A DNA stretch of 64,000 nucleotides, taken from Paramecium tetraurelia. Lineage: Eukaryota. This document shows, piece after piece, positions 12,143 to 26,172 of the stretch. The translations under genes were made by a program, and so were the position numbers. Every line of letters starts with the position of its first letter. Position 1 is the first letter of the stretch. The notes beneath the pieces are model-generated. The model saw only the letters and a list, made by a program, of their open reading frames with translations, searched no databases and was not told the origin of the DNA. The stretch lies in assembly GCA_000165425.1 (NCBI GenBank), contig CT868307.1:248001-312000 (forward strand). Reading direction: 5' to 3'.

Positions 12143-15100
12143 ATGAATTAGACAAATTCTAAATTAGAACGACAATTGATATCTCCTAAACAATAAGGTC
12201 AGCTTCCAAGTCTATACTATGATTATAGTGCGAGGAAAAAATAAAAATTAAAAACATATTTTCGATAGGAGAAATGTATTTCCATTAGTCCAAACAAATA
12301 GATCATTAAAACATAAAGGGATCTCTTGAAGAAAATAGAATCTGAAAGAAATTCTGAAGTTTATTCTTTTGAAGATGAAGTTAGCAGATCTGCTCGCTTT
12401 TAAAGAAAATCAAGACTGCATTAAAGAAATAAAATCTTTAATCATCCAATTATAAACAACTAGCCTTTGTACACAGATACATAAAACGAAACTGAAACTC
12501 CTTATTTCAAGGATAAGGACTCATCTATTAGTAAGTCTGACGACGAGAATGAAGAGAAAAATGAAAATAAAATAGATTTAAAACTCGAGGGTGAGACTGG
12601 TAAGGCTCTGAAGTAGATAAGCCATAAAATAAGTAAACATATTTTCATTATTCTTAGATCAAGAATTAAATAATTCATTTTATCATTTTATAAAAAAATC
12701 GGAAAAAATGAAAGATTTGATTCTAAATTTTTAACAAAAGGATAATCTGAGTTTAATTCATTATTATTGTTTGAATGATAGTCTATTTCCTAAGAGAATC
12801 GAACTGAGTAAGCAAGATGTTAAAGAAATTAATTTATCAGATTTAGGATTGACTCCAAAATATATTCCATTGATTCGGAATTTATTAAACTCGAAACGAG
12901 ACAAAAATATTAAATCAATAGATATCAGTCAAAATAAAATTAATGAATGGTCTTTAAAGTTATTAATTGATGTTTTCCCCTTAAAAGTCAAAACCATTAA
13001 CTTATCGCTTAATTAATTAAACCGTAGAGGTGCAGTGCTACTTTCTGAACATCTAAAAAGCTTTGAAAAGTATAATACAATTATTACTCAGTCTGAGGTT
13101 CTTGAATTTAAAAGGAAATCAAATAGGAGATACAGGAACTGCAACCATATTAGAGACATTGAGATCAAGTTTGAGGATCAAAAAATTAAATTTATCAGAT
13201 AATGCAATCTCTGATGCAATTTGCAACGATTTAAAAGAGTTCATCATGAAAAATTAATCCATTTAAGTGCTGAGTCTGAATTGGAATTAATTGGGCCCTG
13301 TTGTTGGATTATCAATAGCCAAAGGATTAAATTACAACAAATCTATTAGGGTAGTAGACTTAAGCTATAACAAAATTGGATAGAGTGACAACAACTATGA
13401 ATGTATTAAGGAGTGGTGTTCATTGCTGAGCAATACATACACAGAATTGATTCATCTAGATCTATCTTACAATTAATTTAATGAGAAATAACTCTAATTA
13501 ATAAACTACTCAATTCTGAAGAATCCTCGTTTATATGGGTTACACGTTGAAGGAAATAAATGCTTGGCTCATGTAGACCCATTAGGATTTATATAATTTC
13601 CCTAATAAATCAAAGGAAAGTAAAGTATGCAGCCAAAGCATTAAAATATCGATGGTGTTAACTTCATCCCAATGTAAAACGAAAATGAAAATGGATCTGA
13701 CTGTTGTTGGATATGTTAAGGGTGGATGGAGTATCATTTTGTTTATGAACCTGAACCTGAAGAATCCAAAACTGATTCTATATATTTGCATTTAGACTTT
13801 TTAGAGTAAACATATCTGAATATTTTAGTTTCAAACCAATATCTATGACGACAAGTAAAGAGTTATGGAAATAGATAAGTAGCAAGATCAATAATAATGC
13901 TGTTTTGGAAGACATAACAACAGGAGAAATCATTCATTAATTAAAGCATGCTTTTAGTGCTGGTAAGATAATCACAATGACTGCCATAAATGATGCTTAC
14001 ACTGAAGATAAGAAGATGAAGGATGACATGAAATCAATATTATCTGAATTGAATTCAAAGTTCTTCTTCACTTCTTATTAGATGTGTCCTCCTAACTAAA
14101 AAATACTTTACTTCTTTTCTAGTCCCACTGGAAAAGGAATATTTATAAACCCAAGATTTCCAATAATATAACTGTAAACTGCTGAAAATATTGAGTTGAT
14201 TATGGATAAAGAACACGTATTTTTTTATCCCGATGGGTCTCAGATCTCATTATCCTAGGTCGAACAAGTGAATTATTTTCAAACTAAATAGATGCTTGTT
14301 ATTGATTAAAAGAATTAATACAAACCTTTAGTGAAAGTAATTCCTAGATGTTTGGAAAATAAATATTTTTTAAAAAGATTTGCTGTTGATGCATCCAAGC
14401 AAAAATCAAATTTGATTTATTGGCAAAAGGAATAATCAGCCTTTAAATCTTATTAAGGAGACACTGAAGATGTCTTGGATGAGTGTTTTCAATTTGATTG
14501 GAATTGTATGGGCATTTAACACTTTTTAAAATCCGAATAGGAAATTGAAAAAGTTATCTAGATTATGAGATTTCACTATCCAAAACTAAAAGATGTTTAT
14601 AAGTATTATTCAAGCTTTGGATATAATGCTAATATACAATTGAATGGCTATCAGGTGGAAACCTTCTATATTCCTCTTGAGTTGATTTACGAACTAACTC
14701 AAGAATTACTACCATAGGGCATATCAATTGAGGATTTATAATCTCAAGTGAAGTAAATTAAGTATAATTGTGATTCGAAATTCATATATAATCCAGAGAA
14801 AGGATTTGTTCGATATTAATTTATAGAATTCATTTTTAGAATAGCTTTGCTGGTGACAAGATTGAAACAGAAGCCTAAACTGATTGTTGACGAGGTGTAT
14901 AGAACATTTTAAGTTTTAACAGAAAGATTTGCAGCCTTTGATAACTAACAAAAGTGGAGAGAAGAACGTTTGTGGACAAAAGAGTGTGGCAATTTAATTT
15001 ACATCAAATAGGGGTTCATTTAGAGACTGCATGATTATGCAGCTTCAATTAAAAATAAGAAATGGTCATTCAAGTTAAAGTGGATAGCATTGACAGAATT

Positions 15101-15733
15101 TCTAGACTTTTGCAATTAAATGGGATTTCAACAATTTTTGAGTGAAACTCAATTAAAAATCATCTACAATTTCTCAATGTAAACTCACCAAGATGAATTG
15201 ACTTAAGATAGACATTTAAGGATGTCCACTGTGGAATTTACAGAAGCCTTGGCAAGGATAGCTGAATTCATTAGTCCCAATGGTAATGAGACTGATAATG
15301 CAGCTACAAATAGATTGATCCTTCCATTACATATCAAATTGGAGAACCTTCTAACTCATATCTATATTACTTTAAGGATTCTTAAGTATTTATAATTACA
15401 TATAAAGAGTGAATAACTTCGAGAGTTTTAGTATTTACTTTAGCTATAATTCTAATGAGATTTTACCTAAACCTACTGAGCTTCTGTTGGATTAATATGA
15501 ATGCACAACCCAAGAATTGAGAATCTATAATGCTCTATCCTATTTGAGTAAGACTTAAATCTATTTATTTAGAAATGTTTAAGACCCCTTATTTGCATCC
15601 AAATTATAAACTATTTTTAGAAATACCTTTCCAATAGGTTTAAATTTTGAAGTCAAAGAGAAGTATGATTGAAAGATAGATGACTCAAAAATAAAAACTC
15701 TTAAAGTTGAAGGCTACATTATAATTACTGTGA
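12143..15733 (+). CDS. Leucine-rich-repeat (RNI-like) protein, paralog A
   Basis: Repeated LxxLNLxxNxIGD motifs, a DCCWICQGW motif and a long helical C-terminal region. Collinear with the next gene, including a terminal intron near 15548. Confidence 0.85.
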
Positions 15734-15772
15734 TTATCATTTTTCATATGTTAATTAATTATTTATAAACAA

Positions 15773-18700
15773 ATGAAAAATAGCGTTGAGAGATCCAAAT
15801 GCTCACTTCCTAGATTGAAAGATTATTCTAAGGAGAAAGCTGAGAAACTTAAATCCTTTTTTCGATCGAATAGAAGTATCTCGGAAAATAAAATTATTCA
15901 AAGCAAACTAAAAACATCGAAATTGCTGTATAATAATGAATTTTCTGACGATAATAATGTGATGGCATATTATATGAAGAGCAGTGAAAAACTAATTGAA
16001 ATGAGACAGATTATTAACAGCACTTCAGTAATATCAGATCAAGAGGAAACTAAAAGGAAGAATTATCCTTTGGGGTTGTTAAAACACAGTTTTTCTCCTT
16101 TTAAATAGATGAAAACTGATTCTTTAGTCGAGTAATTTAGGGACGAAGAACCAAAGGATATAAATGAAATGGATTAGTAGTCATTTTAAAAAGAATAGAG
16201 CCAAAACGAGGATTTAGATTATGACATGTTAAGTGAGGAAAGCAGTTATGATGAGCCGACAAGATTTGATGGGGTTGAGTTACAATAGGAAATCAAAAAA
16301 ATTCAGCACAAATTACGTAAATATTATGTTTAATAAATAGATCAGGAAATTGATTAATCATATTTTTACTTCATTAAACGACAAGATAGGTTAAAAGATT
16401 TGGCGATAAATTTCAATAAAAAAAATGTGGATCCCATAAATTTCTATTGTCTCAATGATAACATTTTCCCAAAAAGAATAGATCTTTCGAATTGTCTTGT
16501 AAATAATAAGGAAATGCACTTTTCTGATCTTGGATTGACTGAGAAATATTTTCCTTTGATAAAAAATTTGTTGCAGTCAGTGAAGAGCAGGGCAGTCAAA
16601 TAACTATTCTTATGTAATAATCAATTAGACGAAAAATCACTATTGTATTTGATTGAGGGATTTCCCATGGCATTAAAAGAGATTAACTTGGGAAACAATG
16701 TTTTGGGCAAAAGAGGAGCAAGTATCATTGCTAATCACATATCAAAATTCTCAAATTTGAAAACTCTAAATCTACAAAATAATCTATTAGGGGATAAAGG
16801 AGGGTCTATATTGCTTAGCAACATACAAAAAAACATGACTATTAAAAGGCTAAATTTGTCTGAAAATTAAATTACTGACTCTTGTTCGACTGTGTTTTAT
16901 TAGTTTTTATTGTAGAATAGCTTTATTGAAAATTTGGTGTTGAATTGGAATCAATTGGGTCCAATAACAGGAACCATGATAGCAAAAGGTTTACAACAAA
17001 ATAGGTCAGTAAAGGTTTTAGATCTTAGTTACAATCATTTAGGATAGAATGAAAGAAGTAATTGCATCCAATGTTGGTGTGAAGCAATAAACAACCCACA
17101 ATTCTCTTTAGTCCATTTGGATATTTCATACAACCAATTGAGTGAGAAATAGTTAAGGTAATTCAGCCAAGCTTTGTTAAAAAATAACGGTTTGTATGGG
17201 TTGCATATTGAAGGCAATAAGTGTTCTGCAAAGGTGGATCCTTATGGGTTCATCCAATTTACTAATGATAAAGAAGAATTTAAAGTAGTATAATAAAAAA
17301 AAAATGTTATAGATGGAGTAAACTACATTCCAATGTAAGGGGATAGTGTGTTTGGGAATGATTGTTGTTGGATTTGCTAAGGGTGGATGGAGTATCGATT
17401 TCAATACAATCCAGAAAATGATAGCAATCAGGATCCAATCTTTATCCATCTTGATTTCCTAGAGTATTATTATTTTTAACTATTAGTTATTAGCCAATCC
17501 CAATGACCAGTAGTTACGAATTGAGACAATAATTGATTGAAGCATCTAAAAGAAAAAGTAGTTACTAAGATCTTACGACTGGTGAAATTATACATCAACT
17601 GAAATAATTGGTCAACAATGAAAAAAGGATCACCCTAGCAGCAATAACAGAAGCTTACACTGAGGAAACTAGTAAAAAGAGCGAAGAAATTACTAAACAA
17701 ATGATATAAGAATTAAGTAGGTTTTACTATACTACTTATTAAATGTGTCCTCCGAAGAAGAAAATATTGTATTTCTTTTCCAATCCTATTCGAGAAGAAT
17801 ATTTTGTTGATCCTAGAGTTATGACTATGCCAGCTCCTTTGGACAATTTAATACTCCAAGGCAAAGACCCTAAGCACTCTATTCACATATTCCAAGATGG
17901 AACTAAATTGGCTTTTAAGAAAATCCAATATGTTAATTACATATACTCACGACAGGAATATATAATTGATGACAAAGATAACTATAAACCTCTGATTAAG
18001 GTATTCCCTAGGTCATCATAGAAGAAATATGTTTTGAGGAGATTTGCCAATTTTTTAGTCAGAAAATAGGCTCATCTCATTAAGTGGAATAAGGAAGATT
18101 CCATTTTCAGACCATATATTGGAGATACTGAGGAATTGTTAAATGACTGTTTTGAATATGATTGGAGTAGTAGTAAAATTAGTAGATTTGTTAAGAGTGA
18201 TTACGAAAAATTGAAATTAAGGGAATATTTCAGATCTAATTATCAGCTTTTGAAGGATGTCTACAAATTTTATTCTAGTTTAGGTTATTAGCCACCCAAC
18301 TTTGATGTGTTTTGTATATAGATCCCTTAATACATGAAACTAGTTAATAAATTAGCCATTATTGATGGGGATTTGTTAAAATAGTAGGATGTTGAAATCG
18401 ATATTGTTTCATTAAAGAATAATACAGATCCAAAGTTTATTTATAATCCTGATAAAGCCTTAGTTAGATATCAGTTTTTGGAAATGTTCTTTAGGATTGC
18501 TAATGACAAATATATTAGAAATGACATTTACAAGAGTTATGCTGATGCTCTCTTTAGGTTACTGAAGGAATTCAAAGAGTAATATGAATACTTTGACACT
18601 ATTTAAGAATGGAGAACTCAAAGATTGTGGTCAAGGGAATGCGATCATCTATTATAAATTAAAATGCCATTTGTAAAGAAGCTTTATGATTATGTCACTG

Positions 18701-19463
18701 ATATTGCAAATAGAAAGTGGTATTTCAAATTAAAATGGATTTCAATCAGAGAATTCAAGGAATTTTGCAGATAATTCAATCTTCATGAATATTTATCAGA
18801 GAAACAATAGGTCATCATCTACAATTTCTCAATGATGACTCAAGTGGATGAATTGACATTAGATAGAAATATAAGAATGACTTTTATTGAGTTCGTTGAA
18901 GCATTGGGACGTATAGCCGAGAGGATCAGTGCTGCTCCTATCACTGATGTAGCTGACAACTATACTCTATTATAGAGATAATTGTTGCCATTGCATATCA
19001 AGCTAGAAACCCTATTGACATATTTATATTACTAAATGAAGCAAAAAGATATAGAATATGAGCAGTTTTGTGATTTATTTGTATATTTCAAGCCAGATCA
19101 TTCGCCCAAGATTAGCATGCCAAAAGTAGATAAAACTAAGAAACCTGAGAAAGATCACGACTATCACAACGTAATTTCTTCATTCACACTTTATAATGCA
19201 GTCTCGTATTTAAGTACATTATTCCATTAGTTTAAGATTAGAATAAACTGCCCTACTTGAATCCAAAATATAAACAATTTCTAAAGCAAAATGTAATACA
19301 AACTGCTCCCATTCGCCCTTTTCAACATATTTTTTAAAGCGATAGAATACGAAAACCAAGAGCGATGCCAGATCCTTATATTTTGGAATAAAGATCAAAT
19401 TAACTACAGTAGAACAAACAATAAAGTCCAAATATGTAAACAACTCTCTCTTAAAATGCATGA
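15773..19463 (+). CDS. Leucine-rich-repeat (RNI-like) protein, paralog B
   Basis: LKTLNLQNNLLGDKG-type repeats, DCCWICQGWMEY and QMCPP motifs. Tandem paralog of the preceding gene, with a 39-bp spacer. Confidence 0.85.
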
Positions 19464-19553
19464 TTATATTTTATTTTATATAAACATCCCTCAAAAGACG
19501 AAATAAATTTAAAACAAAAACACATGTATATGTTGTAATACTTTAAACTCAAT

Positions 19554-20277
19554 TCAAATGTGCACATTATCTCTATTTAAACTCTTTGCATACTTTTTCA
19601 ATTATTCCTTAATGAATTCTTTATTTACACTATTTGGAATCTGTGGTAAATGTTTCCTGATTTCATCATATTTCTAAATTAATTCAAGTGTTGTATCATA
19701 ATTTGTTTATACTAAAATGTACGCAATTGATTTTAGATTTTTAAGAGAGTAGAATAAATCTCCGAAGTATCCCTCCAATTCTTCTGGATCTTCTAATTAT
19801 TTGACACTGCTCTCAATGTTGTGATTCAATTGACGCAATTAAGAATTTTCATCTGAATATCTCTCTAATGCAGAGGATGGAACATTCATTAGGATATATA
19901 TGGGTTATTGTTTTAATCCATTTTTTTCTAATTCTTTCAGTAAATTGTATTCTTAGTAATAGTAATAACGAATGTCCTTTTGAAATGATATGACCAACAA
20001 TTAATCAATCTATTTAATGGTAGCCAATTTAAGTGGATTGGATGTTGTTTAAATAACCTATCCAATCTCCTAAGATTTTTAAAGATGTTAATCAATGAAA
20101 ATAGATGCTGGACCATATTAAGTAATGATTATGGCTTAACTTTGACTTAATATGGAATTTGGTAATTTTATTTCAAGAAATGAGAAACTGATTACTTCTT
20201 AATCTTCTTATTAATCCTGTTATAACCCTTAAAATTCTTACATAAAATTAATGTAATTTTATAAAACTAAATCTCAT
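19554..20277 (-). CDS. Hypothetical protein (weak resemblance to proteasome assembly chaperone PAC1)
   Basis: Open frame of about 230 aa in the ciliate code with one 25-nt intron, ending RDNVHI then TGA. The family resemblance is by eye only. Confidence 0.6.
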
Positions 20278-20310
20278 TTTAGAAAATGAATTTACATAGA
20301 AATCTATCAA

Positions 20311-22090
20311 ATGAAACAACAATTTGATTAATCAGATGAACTACATACAAAATTGATGGCATTGTCTAATTTACAACCTTAAAAAACTGAAAAACTAATT
20401 GGGGAAGTTGAGAAACCAAACAATATCCCTCCCCTTCCTGATGGATTCAAAGTAAACCTCTCTTTAATTTTATTCTAAGGTAGAACCACCACAATTTGAT
20501 ACAAGTAAACGTTTGAATCAAGGACCAAAGTCATGGGATTTACCATAAGAATTATATAAAAAGCATTTACCAAAATACAATATTGGTACAATTGTTAGAA
20601 TTTAAGAATTATTAAATGCTGGAGATAGGTATCAATTCTTTATAAATGAATAAGTTATATCGGCTAAACAGTAACTATAGCTGGCTGGGCTAAAACCGTA
20701 AGAGCCTAAAAGAATTTATGTTTTGTGGAATTGAATGATGGAACTAGTTTTGCAGGGTTACAAATAGTAATTTCTGAAAAAATAAAGAACTTTGCAGATA
20801 TAATTAAGACTAATGTGGGGTTCTCCTTAAAGATGACCGGAAGTGTTGTTTAAAGTCCTGCGAAGGGTTAGTTGATTGAAATGTTAGTGGACGATAACTT
20901 AAAACATGAAGTTATAATAGTTGGATGTGCTGATCCCCAAGAATATCCAATGGCTAAAGGAACTCAAAAACCTGAGACTTTAAGATAGAAGGCTCATTTG
21001 AGACCAAGAAGCAACTTTTTTGGTGCTGTTACTCGTATAAGAAATAACTTGGCTTATGCAACACATGTCTTTTTTTAAAATAATGGATGCCTATATATAC
21101 ATACACCAGTTATAACTGGTAGTGATTGCGAAGGAGCTGGAGATATGTTTAAAGTTACTACAATATTTGACAACGATTTATAGAAGGTTCCATAACTCAA
21201 TGGTAAAGTGGATGTAACACAAGATTTCTTTAAAAAAGAAACCAAACTTACGGTTTCTGGCTAATTATAAGTGGAGGTATTTTGTTTCATTCATATCATC
21301 TAGAATTTTTGTGTTAGTATGTCAAATGTATATACTTTTGGACCTACTTTCAGAGCTGAAAAGGCTCATACTCATAGACATCTGGCTGAATTTTGGATGA
21401 TCGAACCAGAGTTTGCTTTTGCTGATTTATTTGATAATATGGAAGCAGCCGAAGGATATGTCAAGTTTTGTATAAATTATATACTCGCAAATAACTATGA
21501 TGATTTGGAATTCCTAAATAAGAGAGTTAAACAAGGTCTAATTGATTATTTAAAAGATATTGTTAGCAAAGAGTTCATTAAATGTTCCTACACTTAAGGA
21601 ATTGAAATTCTATTGAATGCTTAATAGGCAGGAGCCAAATTTGAAAACAGTAAAATTGAATGGGGTATGGATTTAAATAGCGAACATGAGAGGTTCCTGG
21701 CTGAAAAGGTATTTTAAAGGCCAGTGTTCATTTATGATTACCCAAAGGAAATTAAAGCTTTCTATATGAAAGTAGCAGAAGATGGAAAATGTGTAAGAGC
21801 CATGGATATGCTTGTACCACAAGTAGGAGAGTTAATTGGAGGGTCTCAAAGAGAAGAAAGATATGATGTTTTGGCTTAAAGAATAACAGAATGTGGTTTG
21901 AAATTGGAGGTTTATAGACCTTATTTAGATTTAAGAAGGTTTATAATAATAAATACTATTTAGATACGGTACAGTACCTCATAGTGGGTTTGGCCTAGGA
22001 TTTGAAAGACTTGTAATGATGATTACAGGTGTAGAGAACATTAGAGATGTTATACCGTTTCCAAGATATCATGGTAGTGCCGACTGGTGA
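20311..22090 (+). CDS. NARS: Asparaginyl-tRNA synthetase
   Basis: OB fold [33 protein letters not shown], motif 2 [25 protein letters not shown], and motif 3 [22 protein letters not shown]. Confidence 0.97.
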
Positions 22091-22199
22091 GTTAAGAGTT
22101 TTAGAAAATTCATAATGCCCTTATAAAGAGTCGATGATCGTCTATGACTTGGATTTGATTTTTTATAAAATAGATAGATAAATACAAAATTTATAATGG

Positions 22200-23580
22200 T
22201 CAACTTTTTAGTTTGATTAAATCAAACATATTGGGTAGGTGAAGCATTTTAGTACTCACACTTTCAAATTGTTTATCTTCTTCATCAGAAATGCATAGTG
22301 ATGAGATTTATCTATAGAATTCTCGCTTAATAGAGGATCTCTCCTGTTCAGTTTGAACTTCTTGTATACCTTCCAAATTTTGAGGTTAATGAATTACTAT
22401 TTTGGTTTAAGTTTGATCTTGACAGGTTGACTCTTTTTGAGGTTGCTAAAATTGTTGTTGTAGGTTCATTTTTTTAATCTAGAACGATATGAATGGAGAT
22501 TAAATACCCAATCGTATTAAAAATCTTTTTCGTTAACATTGAGTTACTGAAGTAAATTTCTAAAGAGTTTCTTTAGGAATTCGTAATCACCCAGAGGGTA
22601 TTATTAGACATTGGTCATTCTGATAAATTAAAAATACTGCAGTATTTCAATAGGCATATCTTTACAGTATTTTTCTGGAATCATTCTCAATTTTTGCTCT
22701 TCCATTTTTTTGATTTTGGATCCGTGTTCTTTGATCTTAAACAAGTCTCCCTTTTTGAGGAAATACATTAATATGAACCCTAGGGATTCTAGATCATCTT
22801 TGGGGGATGCAGCTATTTATATAGATGGAGGGATATACTTAAACCTAAATGCTGATTTAAACTGGAGTATTTGGTTAATTTGTTGAGATTAGAAAATTTG
22901 GAAGGATAGCCGATGAATTTACCATTTTTGTGTTTGTATTTGGTAGAATGTTAGAAATCAATCAGTACCAAATCATGTTTGCCAAGTTGTGTTAATATTT
23001 TTTTTGGCCTGAGATTGCAATGAACAATAGATTGACTATGGAGCTTTTCGAGAATGGTTAACTAGATATGGGATTTCAATTTACAGTTTGAATGGCAATC
23101 ATACAAATGGTTGGTAAGGTGAATTCATGATTAACAAATTAGAAGCAAAGTTTAAGACTTGGTCCATACTTGTCGAATACTTAGTAGTAGTAATTGGTAT
23201 TCTGAAGACGAACATCTCCTGAGGTTTGCAGAGTCGGCATATAAGGAACTGAAAAATGATAAGTTAAAAACTCACCATTAGCCAGCTTTTTCAGGAGTTT
23301 TTCTTCCTCTTGTAAACTGTCTATGTTTGTGTTTGCCTATCAGGTAAATGAACTAACAATAAAATTTAGAATATTGATTACATTACCAATCTGACGATGA
23401 AGTAATTACCTGGCTATGCTTGGTTGATGGCTGTGAATATAATGAAATAAATATAAATGAGTTACCCAAATACCAGTTATGTTTTTTGCCTCTGTAAATG
23501 CAGGTTTTTAATACATAGTGTTATCCAATGATGATCAGATTCTACTTCTGATAGCTGTCCTTCGATTTGGTTTCACTCAT
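22200..23580 (-). CDS. Casein-kinase-1-like protein, probable pseudokinase
   Basis: Contains CK1 hallmarks YGPSL, YSSLNQHL and SPKDDLESLGFILMYFL. The catalytic loop reads HCNLRPKKI and DFG reads DFQ. Confidence 0.85.
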
Positions 23581-23595
23581 TATTAATAAATTATA

Positions 23596-24407
23596 ATGAA
23601 AAGTCTGTAGGATATTCATAAAAAGAATCAACAATAAAGAGCGACCTTCACTCTCATGAACCACACCAACAATCGCACATAAATGGGATGGTTCACTCCT
23701 CAGCCCTCGAATGATTTACAATCTCCTTTCGGAAACACTCTTAGTTAATTCTCTCAATAAGGTTCAGAGCATAACATTATCCATAACACTCGTGGGAATA
23801 TGCACTCTTGGAGTTCAAATTTGGAGAGACAAATCTAATCTAGAGAAATCGCAAGGTAAGTGAGGAAACAGAATGCTCAATAATCAGCTAGACAGGAGAA
23901 ACATTTCTTTGGAGCAATCAATGGCATCCCAAAAATCAATTCACCCAAAACTCAAGCTAATCAAACAACCACTATGTTTCAACCCAATTTAATTAGGGTT
24001 GATCCTAAAATAAAAAGATAACTTAGTGAAATGAGTAAAAGAAACTTCCTTCATTTCCTCTTAGTCTAAAAAGTGGGACATGTAAATTCTGTTTATATAA
24101 GTAGAAAGATGAAAAATAATTCTATGAGTATTTAAAAAAGACTTATAATTTCGAACCTCCTCAACCTTTTGAGGAACAATAAATAAAAGTCTCTAAGAAG
24201 GGCATCAAATATCTATTCACTAAAGAGGATGATGATGAAACAATCAAAAAAACAAGCCAACAAATTTTGAGAATGCACAAATTGCATCAAAATAGAGAAA
24301 TCCCACTAGACAGATATGTCTAAGACACTTACGAATAACAATTGAGAAGATTCCCCAAGGTAAGAGAGAAACTCGAATAATCTAAAAAAAGTAATCTAGA
24401 ATAATGA
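23596..24407 (+). CDS. Hypothetical protein
   Basis: Long ciliate-code frame MKSLQDIHKKNQQQRATF..., probably with one or more introns, ending SNLEQ then TGA. Confidence 0.6.
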
Positions 24408-24442
24408 TGATCTTAATTTTAACATATCATATTGATCTTAAC

Positions 24443-25977
24443 TCATTTTCCAATTCTTTTCAATTTGATGAATTTCTCATTTTGAATTGTATACACAAAT
24501 TTAAAAGTCCAAACTTGTTTTTCACCTACTGAATTCACCTCAAAATTCATCAGCAAATAAACCAATAAACACTTTAATTCCATCAAAGCCATGTGTTAAC
24601 CTATGCAATTTCTTTTTCCAATTGAAAATGGCAAGAAGACAAATGGATCAATACCTTATTGATTCCATCTATCAGGATTGAAAGTGAAAGGATCTTTGTA
24701 ATTCTTAGAATCATAGTTATTTGGGAACAAACATAATGATACTTCTGAGTTCTTCTTCAAAAAGTAATCCCCAACCTTATGATCCTACTTCACTTCCCTC
24801 TCGATAAAATATGGAACTGGAGTATACATTCTCATACACTCATTGATGAAATTGGTGATTTAATTGGATACATTAATGTTATCGCTGTTTAACTGCTCAT
24901 AAGTAGAATATTGCTTTTGAACTTCCTCTCTCAATTTTATTTACCATTCAGGATGGATAGACAAAGCATAACAGCATGCTCCAAATAGATTACTAGTAGT
25001 ATCTATACCTGCAAAGATTAACATTATATATTGTTGAATTGCATGTTCTTCAGTTAATTTCGGATTTTGTTCTAAATTATAAAATCATTTTATACATATG
25101 GTATTAATATAGGCTGTTAAAAAGTCTGCTGGCTTATTTTCCATCGATTATCTTTCCTTTATTGAATCACTCAATATGTCCTTGACCTTTTGAAGTCTTG
25201 CTAGAAGTCTCTATTCAACCTTTGAAATGGTCCAATTTGGATAATCCTTTGTCCCAAAAATGAAAGTTCTTGACATACTTCTAATCGGAGCTTCTCTGTA
25301 CTGTGAGATGATGCCCACCATCACATCAACCAATTCAGATAAGAATGTCTTCCCATTCAGATCCTTGAAACTCTGACTAAAAAAGGACTGAGTAATCACT
25401 TCTCCAACTATATTACCGGATATGTTTATTATATCAATAGGTTCATCTTCTGGTACTTTTGAAAACTTCTCCTCACATAATCTTTTTATTAATGGTATTC
25501 TTGCTCTTAGCTATTCAAATTCGAAAGATTTTGCAAGCACATTTCTAGCTAATCTCCAATCTTCTCCATCTTGGAATGCCAAACCTAAATCATCTCAAAA
25601 ATCATACCTTTGTATAGCATTTTTTCACCAAACAATACCTTTGATGTCTTTTTGTAAAGATCTTAATTATTGAGAATGAATTTAATATGCTCTGTTTTAA
25701 AAAATACATGCGTCAAACCCAAAAATGTATTGCTCACTACAATCTCAACCCCAGGATGCTATTACGGAATCATCTTTTCGAAATGTAGTAAATCATTGTG
25801 TTTCTTGATACCTCTACTAAATTCGATTATTCTTCCCAACAAAGGAAAATACATCAAATGCATTTTCTTTCCATACTTAATCTTCATTATCAACATTAGG
25901 AATAAAGGTTTCAAAATTAGCAATACCAGGAGGAGAACTAAGTACAATATTATTTCCAGGATTGTAAACTAAAACAT
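24443..25977 (-). CDS. Cytochrome P450
   Basis: N-terminal TM anchor, I-helix FAGIDTT, ExxR (NECMRM), FNPDRW and heme motif FLPFSIGKRNCIG. Confidence 0.96.
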
Positions 25978-26172
25978 ATTTAATGAATCTTTTTAGTTTT
26001 ATTTCTTTGCTCATAAAGCATTTATTTTTATTGAATATTCCATAATTATCATCATAATTTATTGGATTATTATCAAACAATTTATTAGGTTCAATTTAAG
26101 AATTTACGAATCCAAAAATGACGTGTACCATTGAATTATTATTTATTCAATGTGCTGCTTAAATAATTTATT

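Noticed and set aside
15548..15672. Unspliced 3' end of LRR paralog A stopping at 15672
   Set aside because: Splicing the intron near 15548 gives PYLHPNYKLFL, which matches paralog B PYLNPKYKQFL, so the stop at 15733 is preferred.
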